The position numbers and the translations under genes are program-made. Source: Mytilus edulis (taxonomy: Eukaryota). Taken from it: a stretch of 64,000 bases of DNA. The DNA is taken from assembly GCF_963676685.1 (NCBI RefSeq), contig NC_092348.1, positions 74,586,001 through 74,650,000 on the forward strand, written 5' to 3'. Below, in pieces: positions 46,680-59,600 of the stretch. Numbering within the stretch: position 1 is the first letter of the stretch; each line of letters begins with the position of its first letter. The notes beneath the pieces are model-generated. The model searched no databases. It had not been told where the DNA came from and saw nothing but the letters and a program-made list of their open reading frames with translations.

Positions 46680-48404
46680 ATGCCAGAAAACAAAATGGAG
46701 ATCAAATCAAAAACTAGTGTTGATTGTGAAGAACTTGAACACAACGATTTACAACGTGATCATAATTCTATTAAGGTTGAAAGGAATCGTGATCTTTCTG
46801 AAAACGTGTCTGAATATCAAACAGAATCGTCTATCATCGGTGGAAATGTTGTCGCAGACGACGAACAGGAAACACGTAGTACTGATACAAAAGAACATCT
46901 GCCATCCTTTACTAATGAGATAGAAGACAGTAAAAACAAGGAAAGTAATGTTACCATGGAAACTAAGGAAATAAATTGTTTTACACCGAGCGTTGAAACT
47001 GCAAAAACTAATACTTTGATAGATGATAGATGCAACATAAAACCAAACGTTCAAAAACCTTCCTCCGGTAATGTGGCCAAAAAGTCTCGGATGCTAGAAC
47101 ACAAAAAGATGGTGTCTCATTCAAAAGCTCCTAATAAAGGTGAAACCAAAGACAGGAAGACCAATGGAATAGCAAAAGATTTATCACAAGACACGGAGGC
47201 AACTGGACAAGCAGCTAGCAACAGCAAATGTTCAATGTGTTACAAAAGTATCCAGTGTAAACATACTACAACTGATAGCAAAGATAGCAGTAAGAAATTT
47301 CAGTGTGATGTATGTGGCAACTGGTTCAAACATACATACACACTGCGAAAACACAAGTGTAATCACGAAGGAGAATATTCTTGCAGTGTATGCAACAAAC
47401 GGTACGGTCTACCAAGCTATTTAAAAAGACACATGCGCACACATACTGACGACAAAACGTTTTATAAATGTCGTTATTGTGATAAGTCGCTATGCAGTAC
47501 ATCCAGTCTGGCTGCGCACGAGAGACTGCATACGTTGGACAAACCATTCGAGTGCGACGTCTGTCATAAGCGGTTTACTCAGTCTAGTAACCTTACAACC
47601 CATAAAAAGGTTCACTCAGAATATAGACCCTATGTCTGTGAACTTTGTTCTAAGCCATTTAGGCACAAACAGTCATTACTGGTTCATTTGCGTTCTCATA
47701 CACATGAGCGACCGTACACGTGTGCCACATGTGGACAAACTTTTACTCAAAACACACACATGCGTACTCATGAGCGACTTCACTCTGGTGTGAAGCCTTA
47801 CAAATGTGACATGTGTGATAAAACATTCTCACGTAAGCATCACTTAGGGTATCATCTAGAAACTCATTCTGGGAAGACATATAAATGTTCTATATGTGAG
47901 AAATCTTTTACAGCTGAGAGAGCTGTTATACAACATGAGCGCATACACACTGGTGATACGCCATATAAATGTGACGTGTGTGGAAAAGAATTCAAATATC
48001 ACGGCTACCTAAGCGTTCATAAGAGAATACATACGGGAGATATGCCATTCAGATGTAAATTATGTCCAAAGGAATTTATTGTAGCTAGTTCCTTGCAACA
48101 ACACTTAAAACACAACCATAGAAACAAGAAGAAACGGACTGTTTCAATAAATGCGCCTCTTTCTGATGATCAAAATGATTCAACTACTAAATTAAATACG
48201 GAAAGTTGCACCAACGTTTCAGAAGTACAGAAAACTGTCGATAATGTGCAAATCGAGTCAGTCAAGCCAAATTGTGATTTTTCAAAAAAGATACCAGTAA
48301 CTTCCTCTATTATTACACCGAATGAAAAGAAAAGAAAAGCAAAAAATAAGCAAAATGCTAGTAACAAGACCCTGTCAATAAAGCGGCGCAATAAAAGAAC
48401 TTAG
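46680..48404 (+). CDS. Host C2H2 zinc-finger protein (10 tandem fingers), 574 aa
   Basis: Repeated CxxC-x12-HxxxH with TGDTPY/SGVKPY-type linkers; strong splice acceptor at about 46636-46652 just upstream of the ATG. Confidence 0.92.
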   Translation: MPENKMEIKSKTSVDCEELEHNDLQRDHNSIKVERNRDLSENVSEYQTESSIIGGNVVADDEQETRSTDTKEHLPSFTNEIEDSKNKESNVTMETKEINCFTPSVETAKTNTLIDDRCNIKPNVQKPSSGNVAKKSRMLEHKKMVSHSKAPNKGETKDRKTNGIAKDLSQDTEATGQAASNSKCSMCYKSIQCKHTTTDSKDSSKKFQCDVCGNWFKHTYTLRKHKCNHEGEYSCSVCNKRYGLPSYLKRHMRTHTDDKTFYKCRYCDKSLCSTSSLAAHERLHTLDKPFECDVCHKRFTQSSNLTTHKKVHSEYRPYVCELCSKPFRHKQSLLVHLRSHTHERPYTCATCGQTFTQNTHMRTHERLHSGVKPYKCDMCDKTFSRKHHLGYHLETHSGKTYKCSICEKSFTAERAVIQHERIHTGDTPYKCDVCGKEFKYHGYLSVHKRIHTGDMPFRCKLCPKEFIVASSLQQHLKHNHRNKKKRTVSINAPLSDDQNDSTTKLNTESCTNVSEVQKTVDNVQIESVKPNCDFSKKIPVTSSIITPNEKKRKAKNKQNASNKTLSIKRRNKRT

Positions 48405-49941
48405 TTAACTTTATTGTATACTACCATCAAAGATATTGCTAGTTTTGAACTAGAAAATCATATACAAGTATATCATATCTGTTAGAATGTTTTGAGCTAA
48501 TCATGATTTTGTTCTTAATAAATTTGACAGTCATGACAGTTTTCTCTTTCGGCATGTTTTGATTTTTTAGTGGCGTCGATCTCTTTATTTGGTATATGAA
48601 AGACATTAAAGTGGGAATAAATTCGAACGCCTAAGAAGATACTTACGTTCGATATTTATATTTCTTTGGTCTTCGTGTTATAGTATAGTAGCCGCCTCGA
48701 TGATGACGAGAAAGTTTGCTCACCACATATACATTCTTGTTTTATCTGACGAAGGCAATAGTAGGTATAACACTGTATTGTTACAGTTGGTAACAGTCGA
48801 CCTTAATGCTAAAAACTTTAAGCTGGTCGTTGGTGTTTTCTTTTGTATTGTTCAAATGTGCTTGTCCCATGCAATGTCTTTTATAAATTACCATACTTTA
48901 TTGGGTTTGCTTATTATTGAATGATGTACGGTGACTTTAAGTACTGTTTAGTTGTTTTCAACTTTGTCCTATGACTATCATATTGGAGGATAGTTGTCTC
49001 ATTGGCAAGTATACCACATCTTCTTTTTTATAATTAGTATTAGTCAAACCTTGAAGAATTCTTGTAGTGAAAATTATTTATATCAACGACCATAGAATGG
49101 ATTGCAAACAAAGTCTACACGTGGTGTGCTTGCTTTAATTTGTGGTTCTTACTGACTTGATAAACATTCATGTTAGTTATATAAGAAACTCAAAGATTAT
49201 TTCCTTATCCTCTTCTCATTGGTGTAAAGGGGCGAAAGATACCAAAGGAACAGTCAAACTTATTGATAAAAAATAAACTGGCAAAGCCATGGCTAAGAAA
49301 GAAAAGATAAACAGACAAATAATAGTACACAAGCCACAACATAAAAAAACTAAAGGCTAAGTAACACGAACCCCGCCAAAACCTTGGGGTGATTTCGGGT
49401 GCTCCGAAAGGGTAATTAATCCTGCTCCACATGTGCAACCGTCGTGTTGTTGTTGTTGTTGTTGTTATAAGTTCCATAGTTCAAAAAGTATTTTTAAACA
49501 CTGAAAAAGTGTAGTTTATATATCCTGTTACATTCAAAACATAACTTAAACAAGTACAGGTAAAGTCATGAATTTTCTTAGATTCGGTACGGATTATATG
49601 TGAAAGTTATTTGACTAGAAATAGAACCAATTTTTTTTTAAATATACATTTAAAAGGAATGTGAACAGATAGCTTTCATGAAATTCCATCAGAAAAGAAA
49701 TTAGCGGCTCCTATGAAAGCCTGACTCGGTCACCTGTCAAAATTTTGTTGTTAAAACGGTTGCTATGTTCTTCCAATCAAATTTTCGAGATAATAGGGAG
49801 TCATCAAATTATGTCCGTCTATTTTCTTCTTTTTTTTTGCGTTTATGTTGCCCTTGTATTGCTGATTTCATGTTTATAATTCAGTCTAGCTATCTGTTGT
49901 AATTTTTTAAATGAAATGAAAGGCAAAAGGCGTTTTGCGCT

Positions 49942-50035
49942 TATAATGGGCCACTTGAAAATTTTGGTCTCATTTGACTTATAACTTATAACTTATAAGT
50001 CAAATGAGACCAAAATTTTCAAGTGGCCCATTATA
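49942..50035. repeat. Perfect hairpin with 43-bp arms and an 8-nt loop (foldback/MITE remnant)
   Basis: 49942-49984 is the exact reverse complement of 49993-50035. Confidence 0.9.
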
Positions 50036-51161
50036 TGATCTTACAAATTCCATCTAACTATTATGGTTTCTGCAAAAAAGATAAGTAAACATCGTCTTTA
50101 AAGGATATTAACTCATGTTTAGGATAAATCCACAATTTCAACAAGGCGGACCACACATGTTTTTTTTAGGCACATGTCCGTATTCCCCCCCCCCCCCCCC
50201 CCCTTTTCCGAAAAAATACAAATTGACTTTGAATGTGTTACACACTGGGTCGTGGGTCAAGTTTATTTTATTTTTCAAATACAATAAGAAACAGTCAACA
50301 AATGACTTTTATAAACATATATATATATAAAATTATATTTGCTAAACATTTTTTACAAGACTATCGATATTGATACTAGTGGTACTAAATCTAACGTAGA
50401 TTGAAACTTTATACAACACATAGGCGGATCTGGTGGGATGAGGGGGACTTTTGTGCGAAATGTTTGTTACTATATAAAGGGAATTATAAGAATTAAAGAA
50501 TGACAATCCATCCCCCCCCCCCCCCCCGCAAAAAAAAACAAACAACAAAAAAAAAACAAAAAAAATATATTTCAGTAAGTGGGACCCCTCCTTAAGAAAA
50601 GTTCTGAGCCACCACTGAAACAACAAATTATCAACAGTTACTAAATAACTAATTGACTTTTTCTATATTTTTGTGTTTTGATAGTATTTAAACATTTTTG
50701 CTTCTTGACGCTTCGTATCGCTTCTTGTCCTTAAAAAATCAACTTGTCTCTAATTAGTTAGACCGTAAACTGGTATCGTATGTCGGTAACCAGTTTTAAT
50801 ATCCGGTTTGCAACTAATCAACAGGTGTAAACAACATGAAGAATTTGTGATAAAACTCTAAGAAAATGCACCCAAAACATGTCTTTGTCGGCCCAGAATA
50901 GAAAAGTTGTTTGGGAGGAACACAAAGACAGGTTGACAAAACTTTTCTGTTGATCTTTTATCTGCTTTAGTTATATGATTGATCGTGTGGGGACGGGGAC
51001 AAATTCGTCCCAGTTTTGGGCCTTCTTCTACATAAGGGGTCCCATATACGCTATAAACCTTACTGCTTTTAGTCCAATCATTAGAAGTTCTGAAATTGCA
51101 CACATTTACGACAAAAAACAACTGGTTATTCTAAATATGCATATAACATCATGGTACCACC

Positions 51162-51256
51162 TAGTCCAAATAATTATGACGTCTGGCAAGGCTATTTTAA
51201 TTTTTTTCTGGGACACTTTAAAATAGCCTTGCCAGACGTCATAATTATTTGGAATA
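51162..51256. mobile_element. Tiny MITE with 36-bp perfect arms and a GGTACCACC flanking direct repeat
   Basis: 51165-51200 pairs with 51218-51253; ggtaccacc at 51153-51161 and 51257-51265. Confidence 0.8.
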
Positions 51257-51339
51257 GGTACCACCTATTTAGCAAAAAGAGCAGCAGATATCTTACTAGA
51301 TTTCCAAGAGTCTAAACAATAAGCATGGATGCAATAGCC

Positions 51340-51505
51340 AATACATCTTATCGCTAATCCTGGCTGACCCGGCCGCTTGAACTTTTGATGCATACAACAA
51401 TCACTTTTCCATTGTGGCGTCAGATATTTTGTTTTGTGACGTCAAACATTTACGGGAACCTGTATGATATCCAGTAATGGCGGACAAATAGCGATAAGGT
51501 GTATT
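51340..51505. mobile_element. MITE with 17-bp TIR
   Basis: aatacatcttatcgcta ... tagcgataaggtgtatt (one mismatch). Confidence 0.7.
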
Positions 51506-52534
51506 TGGGTACTACTCATTACAGAATCGTTGATGGTTTGGAGGTCAGTTCAGACCATTTTTTCTATGATTTCATATGGATTCAAAATTAAATTGGTGAA
51601 ACCATATAGCATGTACATGTATAGTAAATAATGATACATTTTGTACATCTACAAAATAAACACAAAATGAAAACTTTTGTCTGAAGCATAAATAAACGTA
51701 GGTTAAAAAACTGTCAAAATAGGCGTAATTTGGATACACCATACACATTCTAAATTCACTGCTAGTAAAAGACTGGTTTCATACTAAATAGGGACTTCAA
51801 CTGCCCAAATACAATCTTGGAATCAAGACATCAGAAAACACACCTGGCATACAACAGTATAAGATAATGAAATGATAGTTAACGTCACAGTACCCAAATT
51901 GTACCTTTTCAGCAAAAATAGCAGCGAAAATCTTACATGTTTAATTTTCTTAGGGACAAAACTATTTGTATTTTTTCTTCTGAAAGCCATCTTTTAAAAT
52001 TGAGCAAATAATATATGTTGCAAGCATTCATTCTTAAAGAAATAAATAGACTTATAGTAAGCATGGACTAATGTTAAATTGTTCAAAAAGTTTGAAGAAA
52101 TTAACCAAAACATCTATTATTCAAATTCTAATGGTGTGAATTTAAGAATGGATGAAATTTAGGTACTCCCAATTACCGAATCATGGATCTTTTGGAGGTG
52201 GGTTCAAGCCCATTTTTCTATGATTTAAAATGCAAACTTTTGTATGGATTAAAAATAAACGAACATATACATGATATAAAAAAAAAGATGTGGTATGATT
52301 GCCAATGAGACAACTCTCCACAAGAGACTAAAATGACACAGAAATTAACAACTATGGGTCATTGTACGGCCTTCAACAATGAGCAATGCCCATACCGCAT
52401 AGTCAGCTATAAAAGGCCCCAAAATGACAATGTAAGTTTAATCGACAAAAAACTGTCAAATAGGTGCAAATTTATCATGTTACAGACTACAATACCATTG
52501 AACACCAAACTATACATATAACAAGGTAATGACC

Positions 52535-53360
52535 AGGTTTTTATACAACCACAAAAAAAATTTCGGGATTGTATATTGATATTATGCGTCGCCGTCAGCC
52601 TTGTCTGCGCTGTTGTCCGAAGACACATTGGTTTCCAGACAATAACTTTAGTTTAAGTGAATTGATATCTATGAAATTTTTTAGGAAGAATCAATACTAC
52701 AAAAGAAAGGTAGGGATTGATTTTGGGGAGGATGGTCCCAACCGTTTGGGTTGACAAGCATTTTTCTATTTTCAGGTTAAGAACTTGTGTATAAGTATTT
52801 CTATGGCTCTGAAATTGTACCACTATATTTGATATCACAAGAAGAAGGTTGGGATTCATTTTAGGGGTTATGGGGCCAACAGTTTAGGAATTAATGGTCA
52901 TAAAAGGGGCCAAAAACAAGCATCTTTCTAGTTTCCAGACAATAACTTGTGTTTAACATGTTTCAAGAAAATCGATTTCTCTGAAATTGTACAACAAGGT
53001 TCCTTATATCAAAGGAAAGGCTGGGATTGAGTTTTGGGGTAATTGCTCTATGGCGGTTTCCAAAAGTTTGGGGGGGGATTTTTTTTCATAATTTTTTTCA
53101 AAAATTTCTAAATTTTGAATTTTTGAAATGTTTCAAGATGAAATCTTGAGTTGCACAGTATTGTGCAATAGATTTTTAAGATCTTTGACAACATTTATTT
53201 TGTGTCAGAAACCTATATTATGTCAAAAATTTTATCACAATCCAAATTCATGAAATTCAATGACAGTTATCAAGCTTGAATATAATGTCAGAATATGCCC
53301 CTACTGTTTAGGGTTCAACCTCTGCTGTCGTATCAGGCTCACTCAGCTAAGCATTTTATT
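52535..53360 (-). mobile_element. Degenerate Helentron-like non-autonomous element with internal tandem repeats
   Basis: T-run and hairpin start, repeated gtttccagacaataactt...gggatt units. Confidence 0.5.
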
Positions 53361-53637
53361 AAATCTTTTACCCTAAACCAATTGTTATCTTTTAAATAGA
53401 AAGTTATCTGAGTTGTTTGATTGCATAAGAAAAGCTGTGTGTCCCGAATACCTCAGAAACTGAAGTTTGAAGAAAGTAACCGTAAACAACTTAATTAGAA
53501 GGAAAATCTTAAGTTCTTTTATGCAGTGTTATTTTTTTTATTTTTTTTATTATTTCATTTTTATTTTTAAGAATAAATTGGAAGAATATAATGATATATT
53601 AACATTACCAAGTATGTATATATTTATTTATTTTCAG

Positions 53638-56600
53638 TTTGAGAAGAATCCAGTCACGAGTAAGTGACGGACATACACCTCCAAATAGATACTCACCACA
53701 AAGAGGAACACCTCCAGGAAGGTACAACAGATCTCCACAGGAAGGAGGAAGGAGGTCACATTCACCTTATGGCAAATATAGAAAACCTACCTCACCTGCA
53801 TATTTAAACAGGTATTTAGAAATATACTTTTGAAAGGGTACTTTGACTGATGGAAACTAGTCAGACTGAACATGCTTTTGCTGATGAGTTTGTTGATTAC
53901 ATGTACAATGTATATACTTTAATATAGATTAAAGGAAGATTTAGAATTATATATGTCATGTACATGTGTTCATTAAGTGTCTTCAAAGTACAAGATTAGT
54001 CATGATAGATGCTAAAATGTCAGGTCAGGATAATATCAATAGAAACATATTTGAAGGTAAAACTTGAAACTTGCTTCATATACCATGTATACATTTATCA
54101 AACTCTCTCATTTCCAATCAGAACAGATTCGGTTAAAAAGAATAGGTTGAGAGGTCACAACAGATACCATCAAACAAGAAAAATAAAATTATTCTTTATA
54201 TCATTTATGGGCATTGTAAAGTGTAAAAAAAAGGCATTCATTTTTTTAAGTACTAATATATTATTGTTATTAATTTACCGTAAGTATTTTTAATTGTTCT
54301 TTTTATCTGGAGTAAGAAACTATATTTATATTGTTTCATAATTACACATGTTTATGATATTTTCAGAATCGAAACTCCTCATGAGCGTGATAAAGTAAGA
54401 AACAAGGGCAACTTAAGAGGAAGTAAATATGGAGTTGTTCCCCCTGTTCACAGACGTAGTCACCAGTAAGTGTACTAAAAAGGGAAATTATTAGATATGG
54501 ATTCGTGTTATTGCTGGAAGGCTGGAATACTAGTTATTTAAAAAAATGAGTTCTGATGTATGTCGTAAATCAACACACATTCAAACATAAATCAATTATT
54601 AAAGTAAAATAGTAGGTTTCAAAACCACAAAATTGTATTTAATAAATTTTACAGTTTCAACTTAAAAAAAAAATCTGGTTCACTGACAAGGAGGGTGACT
54701 TTTAACATACATATCAGTATTTCAGCAGGGTTAAACAAGTTTTAAAGACCTTAGATCTTCCCCTTTTAATCTCTATCAGTCAGTGAACTTACACAGGTAC
54801 AATAATAGGAATATGCTACAAGTACAGTAACAGCACTATACCTGATAATCACAGTTTTATAGATAACATGAACATTAGTACATAGAAAACAATAAAAAAG
54901 AACTACTGGTATACATTTTCAACTATCATGACTATACCATTTCAATGAATCTTACAGCTACTGAAATTAATCATATTCATTTTATTTTTGGTTTGAATAA
55001 ATCTTAATATTTTTTTTGGAATCAGGCACACAGTCATGCAAAGAGAAGAAAACACACATTAGAATGTACATCTGCGAACAGTTCGAAAAAATAAAGGGTG
55101 TAAGCATTTTAAATTTTATATATTATTCTTGAAAATTGTACCAAAAATTAGCATGCAATATTTGCTGACATTGTTCACATAGAAGTTTCACTCCAAAAGG
55201 GTGACAGTATTATTTGATTTACAATACTGTATTTTGTATGAAATAACCATTTATTGCTTTAAATCTCAGAACACCAGACTATGACAGTTGGGGAGAAGAT
55301 ACAGATGATGACTCTGGTGAAGAACAGCAGTATGTCATGCCTCAGCAATACCCTTACCCTGCCTATGGATACCCAGCATATCAGCATCCCCAGGGACATC
55401 ATGGACCCCCTCAAGGCCATCATGCACCACCCCCTCAAGTAGTGTGGGGAGCTCCATTCCAAATATACTATCCCCCACCACCTCAACATGGGTACAAAAG
55501 TAAAAAGGCTCGTGACAAGAGAGCGAAGAGGGCCCAGGAAACACAGCCAAATGTCCATCACTCACAACCTCATGGTGGGAGACAGTCTAGGTATCAGAAA
55601 AGTCCCAGAGTAAATCACTCACTTCCTGTTTACAATGGCTACGGTCAGGAACCTCATCATACTAGACGGAGAGATGAAGTGTTTGATACAGATAGAAATG
55701 ATGTTCTTAAAAAGTATAAGGTACAAATGTAGATGAAAAAGCTTTTGATGCCAGAAATATTTTCTAGAACCCAATTTTTTTTAAATACAACTGTCAAGCA
55801 ACTGAGTAAAGGTGCACATAAAGACAGTTGTTGTTGAAAAAAATAAGATCATGTCTGTTGATTTGAGTAGATTGTAAAATATGCCCAATAAAACACAAAT
55901 AAATAAAGTTGCTACATCATACAATGTAAAAATGGCTAACAAAATTAAACTGATACCATTCAATGAAAATATAAGAATTTACAGAATGTTGTGGAGATCA
56001 AAATCAATAATTTTATACTACCGGTAAATCTATCTATGAAAGACAGTAACAGTTTGATATCAGCTACTGGTTAAGTCAGTTTATTGTATGCATTTATCAT
56101 TTTCAATCAAAATGAATCTAAAAAGGGAATTATAGTTTTTGTCTTGCTTTGACGGAGTCAAAAAGAAAGACATAGGTATGCTGTTTCCGGTGTCAGCGAC
56201 GGCGTCAACAATGTATTAGTTTGTGATTAGGTCTAGTTCATGGTGAACAGTGAATTTGTAATGCAGTTGTCTTAGCACATCTCATTACCATGGAGATTAT
56301 TTGACCCCCTCCCCTCAGTCAAGGTCTTTTGACTTTGAAACTTTGCTTAGTTTAAATGTATTAGTTTGTGATTAGGTCAGTTTATGGCCTACCACTAGTG
56401 GTAGGTCAATGGTATTTGGTATGCAGTTGTATAAGCATTGGTATATCTCATTTTAAGGGAGATTGTTTGGCCCTGCCCCCTCAGTCATGGTCTATAGACT
56501 TTGAAACTTTTGCTTGATTTTCATGTATAAGTTTGTGATTAGGTCAGTTTAAGGGGATCAGTTAGTGGTAGGTCAATGATATTTGGTATGCAGTTGTATT

Positions 56601-59600
56601 AGCATTAGCGCATCTCATTACCATGGTGATTATTTGACCCTGACCCCTAATGTTAAGTCAATGATATTTGTTTTGTTTTATTTCCATGGAGAATATATAA
56701 CGTAAAAAAAAAACCAACCCAACCCCTAATTATGGTTCATTTACAAGTTGATGGTTGTGTTTAGGTTTGTTTAAAGGGAACAACTTATGAAAAGTCAATG
56801 GTATTTGGTTTGCAGTTGTATTAGCATTGGCACATCTTATTTCCATGGAGATTGTTTAGCCCTGTATCTTCAGTCATTCTTCATTGAATTTGAAATTTGC
56901 ATAACTTACATGTTAAAGTATTGCTATTTTAATTTCAACATTTGCATTATCAAAATAACAAATAGGCGAGACATATCTCTGTGTTAACAGTTTATTAGTA
57001 AAAAAGTTATCATGGTTTGGCTTAGATTATTAGGAGTTGTCTCTCTTTATATAGGAAAAAAGTCTTGTCATACCAAGCATAAGAAATGATAAATGTGATT
57101 TTCATATAATTTAAAGAATATTCCTTAAATTTTGTCTTCAATTCATATTATCACAAGTATTGCAATAATGTAAAAACTTTGAAATGATATATGTCAAATA
57201 ATGTATTTGTAGTATATAGAAACACAACCATCGCCATACACACCCGAGAATATTGATGACATGGTGGCCAAGCGATACAAAGATGAACCGGTATGTATTA
57301 TCACATAGTCAACTCGAAATTTATTGAAAGCTGTAAATTCAGAAATTTAGGGTGTATATTAATATAGGGAATCTGTGAACACAATTCATGATTAATAGAT
57401 CAGTTAATAAAATGTCCTATTCTTTCAACAAATTTTCGTACCTGGATACAAAATAAAGGCATCTGCTTTTGAAATATTTTTTTAACCTGTCTGAACAAAA
57501 TTAAATGATTTTGAACTGCCAACAAAACATTTATGATGGTATATTCTCTGAGGGACAAATTAGTCCCTCATGTTGTAATAGAAAATTTGTATCGTTCTTA
57601 TTAAAAAGATTTTTTTAATGCCTTGTAAGACCTTTAACATTCTTTCCTCAATTAAAAAGCCAAATAATTTCTGAATTTATGGGACTTCATTTACAGGATT
57701 AATTCTTTTGTAATCTCTAATCAAAATTGATTGCAGTGGCAATGATTGTATTTTGTTTTTTTTTTAAGATGTGCAACTCGTAATCAGTTCTTGATTTCTT
57801 GAAAAATAATAGCTTCAGAATTGTATTTCAATAAACAAGAGTTTTGCTACAGGATATGAACAAAAGCTATAGAATATTCTTGAAGCAAAAATTACTTTTA
57901 GAAATGTGAAAATGGTCTCGGAAATGGAATTTGATTTTGTGAATCACATGTTTACAAATAGGTCAAACATTATTTGAAAAAAACTAGCAGTGATTGATAG
58001 ATTGTAAACTAAAATATGTTTTGCAATAAATTAATGTTTATGAATCTCAGCAGTAGAAAAAAAACCACAAATGTTAATATGTAAACTTGGGTCCATTTTT
58101 ATGCCCCACCTACGATAGTAGAGGGGCATTATGTTTTCTGGTCTGTGGCTCAGTTCGTCCATCCGTCCGTCCGTCCAGGTTAAAGTTTTTGGTCAAGGTA
58201 GTTTGTGATGAAGCTGAAGTCCAATCAACTTGAAACTTAGTACACTTGTTGCTTATGAGATGATTTTTCTAATTTTTAAGCCAAATTAGACTTTTGATAC
58301 CAATTTCACGATCCACTGAACATAGAAAATGAACGTGGGAGTTTTAGGTTAAAGTTTTTGGTCAAGGTAGTTTTTGATGAAGCTGAAGTCCAATCAACTT
58401 GAAACTTAGTACACTTGTTGCTTATGATATGATCTTTCTAATTTTAACGCCAAATTAGATAATTACCCAATTTCACGGTCCATGGAACATGGAAAAGGAT
58501 AGTGCGAGTGGGGCATCCGTGTACTTTGGACACATTCTTGTTATTTTTTGTACATCAAGTTAATTAGAAAGTTTGGAAAATAAATCACAGCAAATTAAGT
58601 CTACTGGAAAGGGACTAGACCCTGAGTTAAAGTATACACCAAAAATCATGAAATAAACCAGTATAAATTTAAACTTCCCGCTAATTGTTAATATAGAACT
58701 AAGGAGATGTGGTTAGAATGCCAATGAGACAACTATCTATTGAGACTAAAGGACAAAAATATAGATCAAATGTATTGACTTCAATTTATTTCTCAAGAAA
58801 TCAAGAACTGATCTCCAAAATCACAAACAGAATTCTGCATGATATGCATGGCTTAAATGTGTTCATTTGTCTTGACTTCTTGTTTTCTCTAATCTGATGT
58901 CAAGATACTAGAATGTATTTCTTTTTAAGATTATTATCAGAATCTCTCTTTAGAATGCATTCTTTAAACATTACAGGAATCTAGAATACATATATTAAAT
59001 AATTATTAATTAATTAATGATTCTTTGGTAATGGATTCTTCTTTAACATTCATTTGCTTTAATTCTGAACTTAAAAGATAAATTCTGTTTGTATATTTGA
59101 AACTTTTTGTATTTATTTGCATATATTCTTGGTCATTTTGGTCATTGACATTTTGTTAAAGATTTTGTGAAAATATCCAAGTTGTCTATAAGTATACATA
59201 GAATAGAAAGGCTTTTAAATGAATAAGAATCATAAAAAAATAGAAAATTTTCTTATCTTAACAGAAAATGTTAGAGCTAATTGCTATAATATTAGGATTA
59301 ATCTTCAGTTTAAATTTGGTTGCTAGACATTATTATGAAAGAAGCTATACAAAAATAATTCTTAGTTCAGTTGTCTCTTCAGGAAGAAAAGTGTTGTTAA
59401 GACATTGCAGCATTCACAGAATCACTGGTATATGATGAGGGACCATGAAATAATAATTTAAATGTCAAAATACCTTTTTTTTGGACTCTTGTAATGAGAT
59501 CTATAGAAAATTGTGGTCATTGCATGTTAATGATGCAACAATTGTTTTTGAAGTTTGAATTCTTACTGCTCAAGAAAAATTAAGTAATCTTAAAGAAATG

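Noticed and set aside
46680-48404. Zinc-finger gene as viral cargo
   Set aside because: It lies about 4.5 kb outside the right TSD and is an ordinary host C2H2 array
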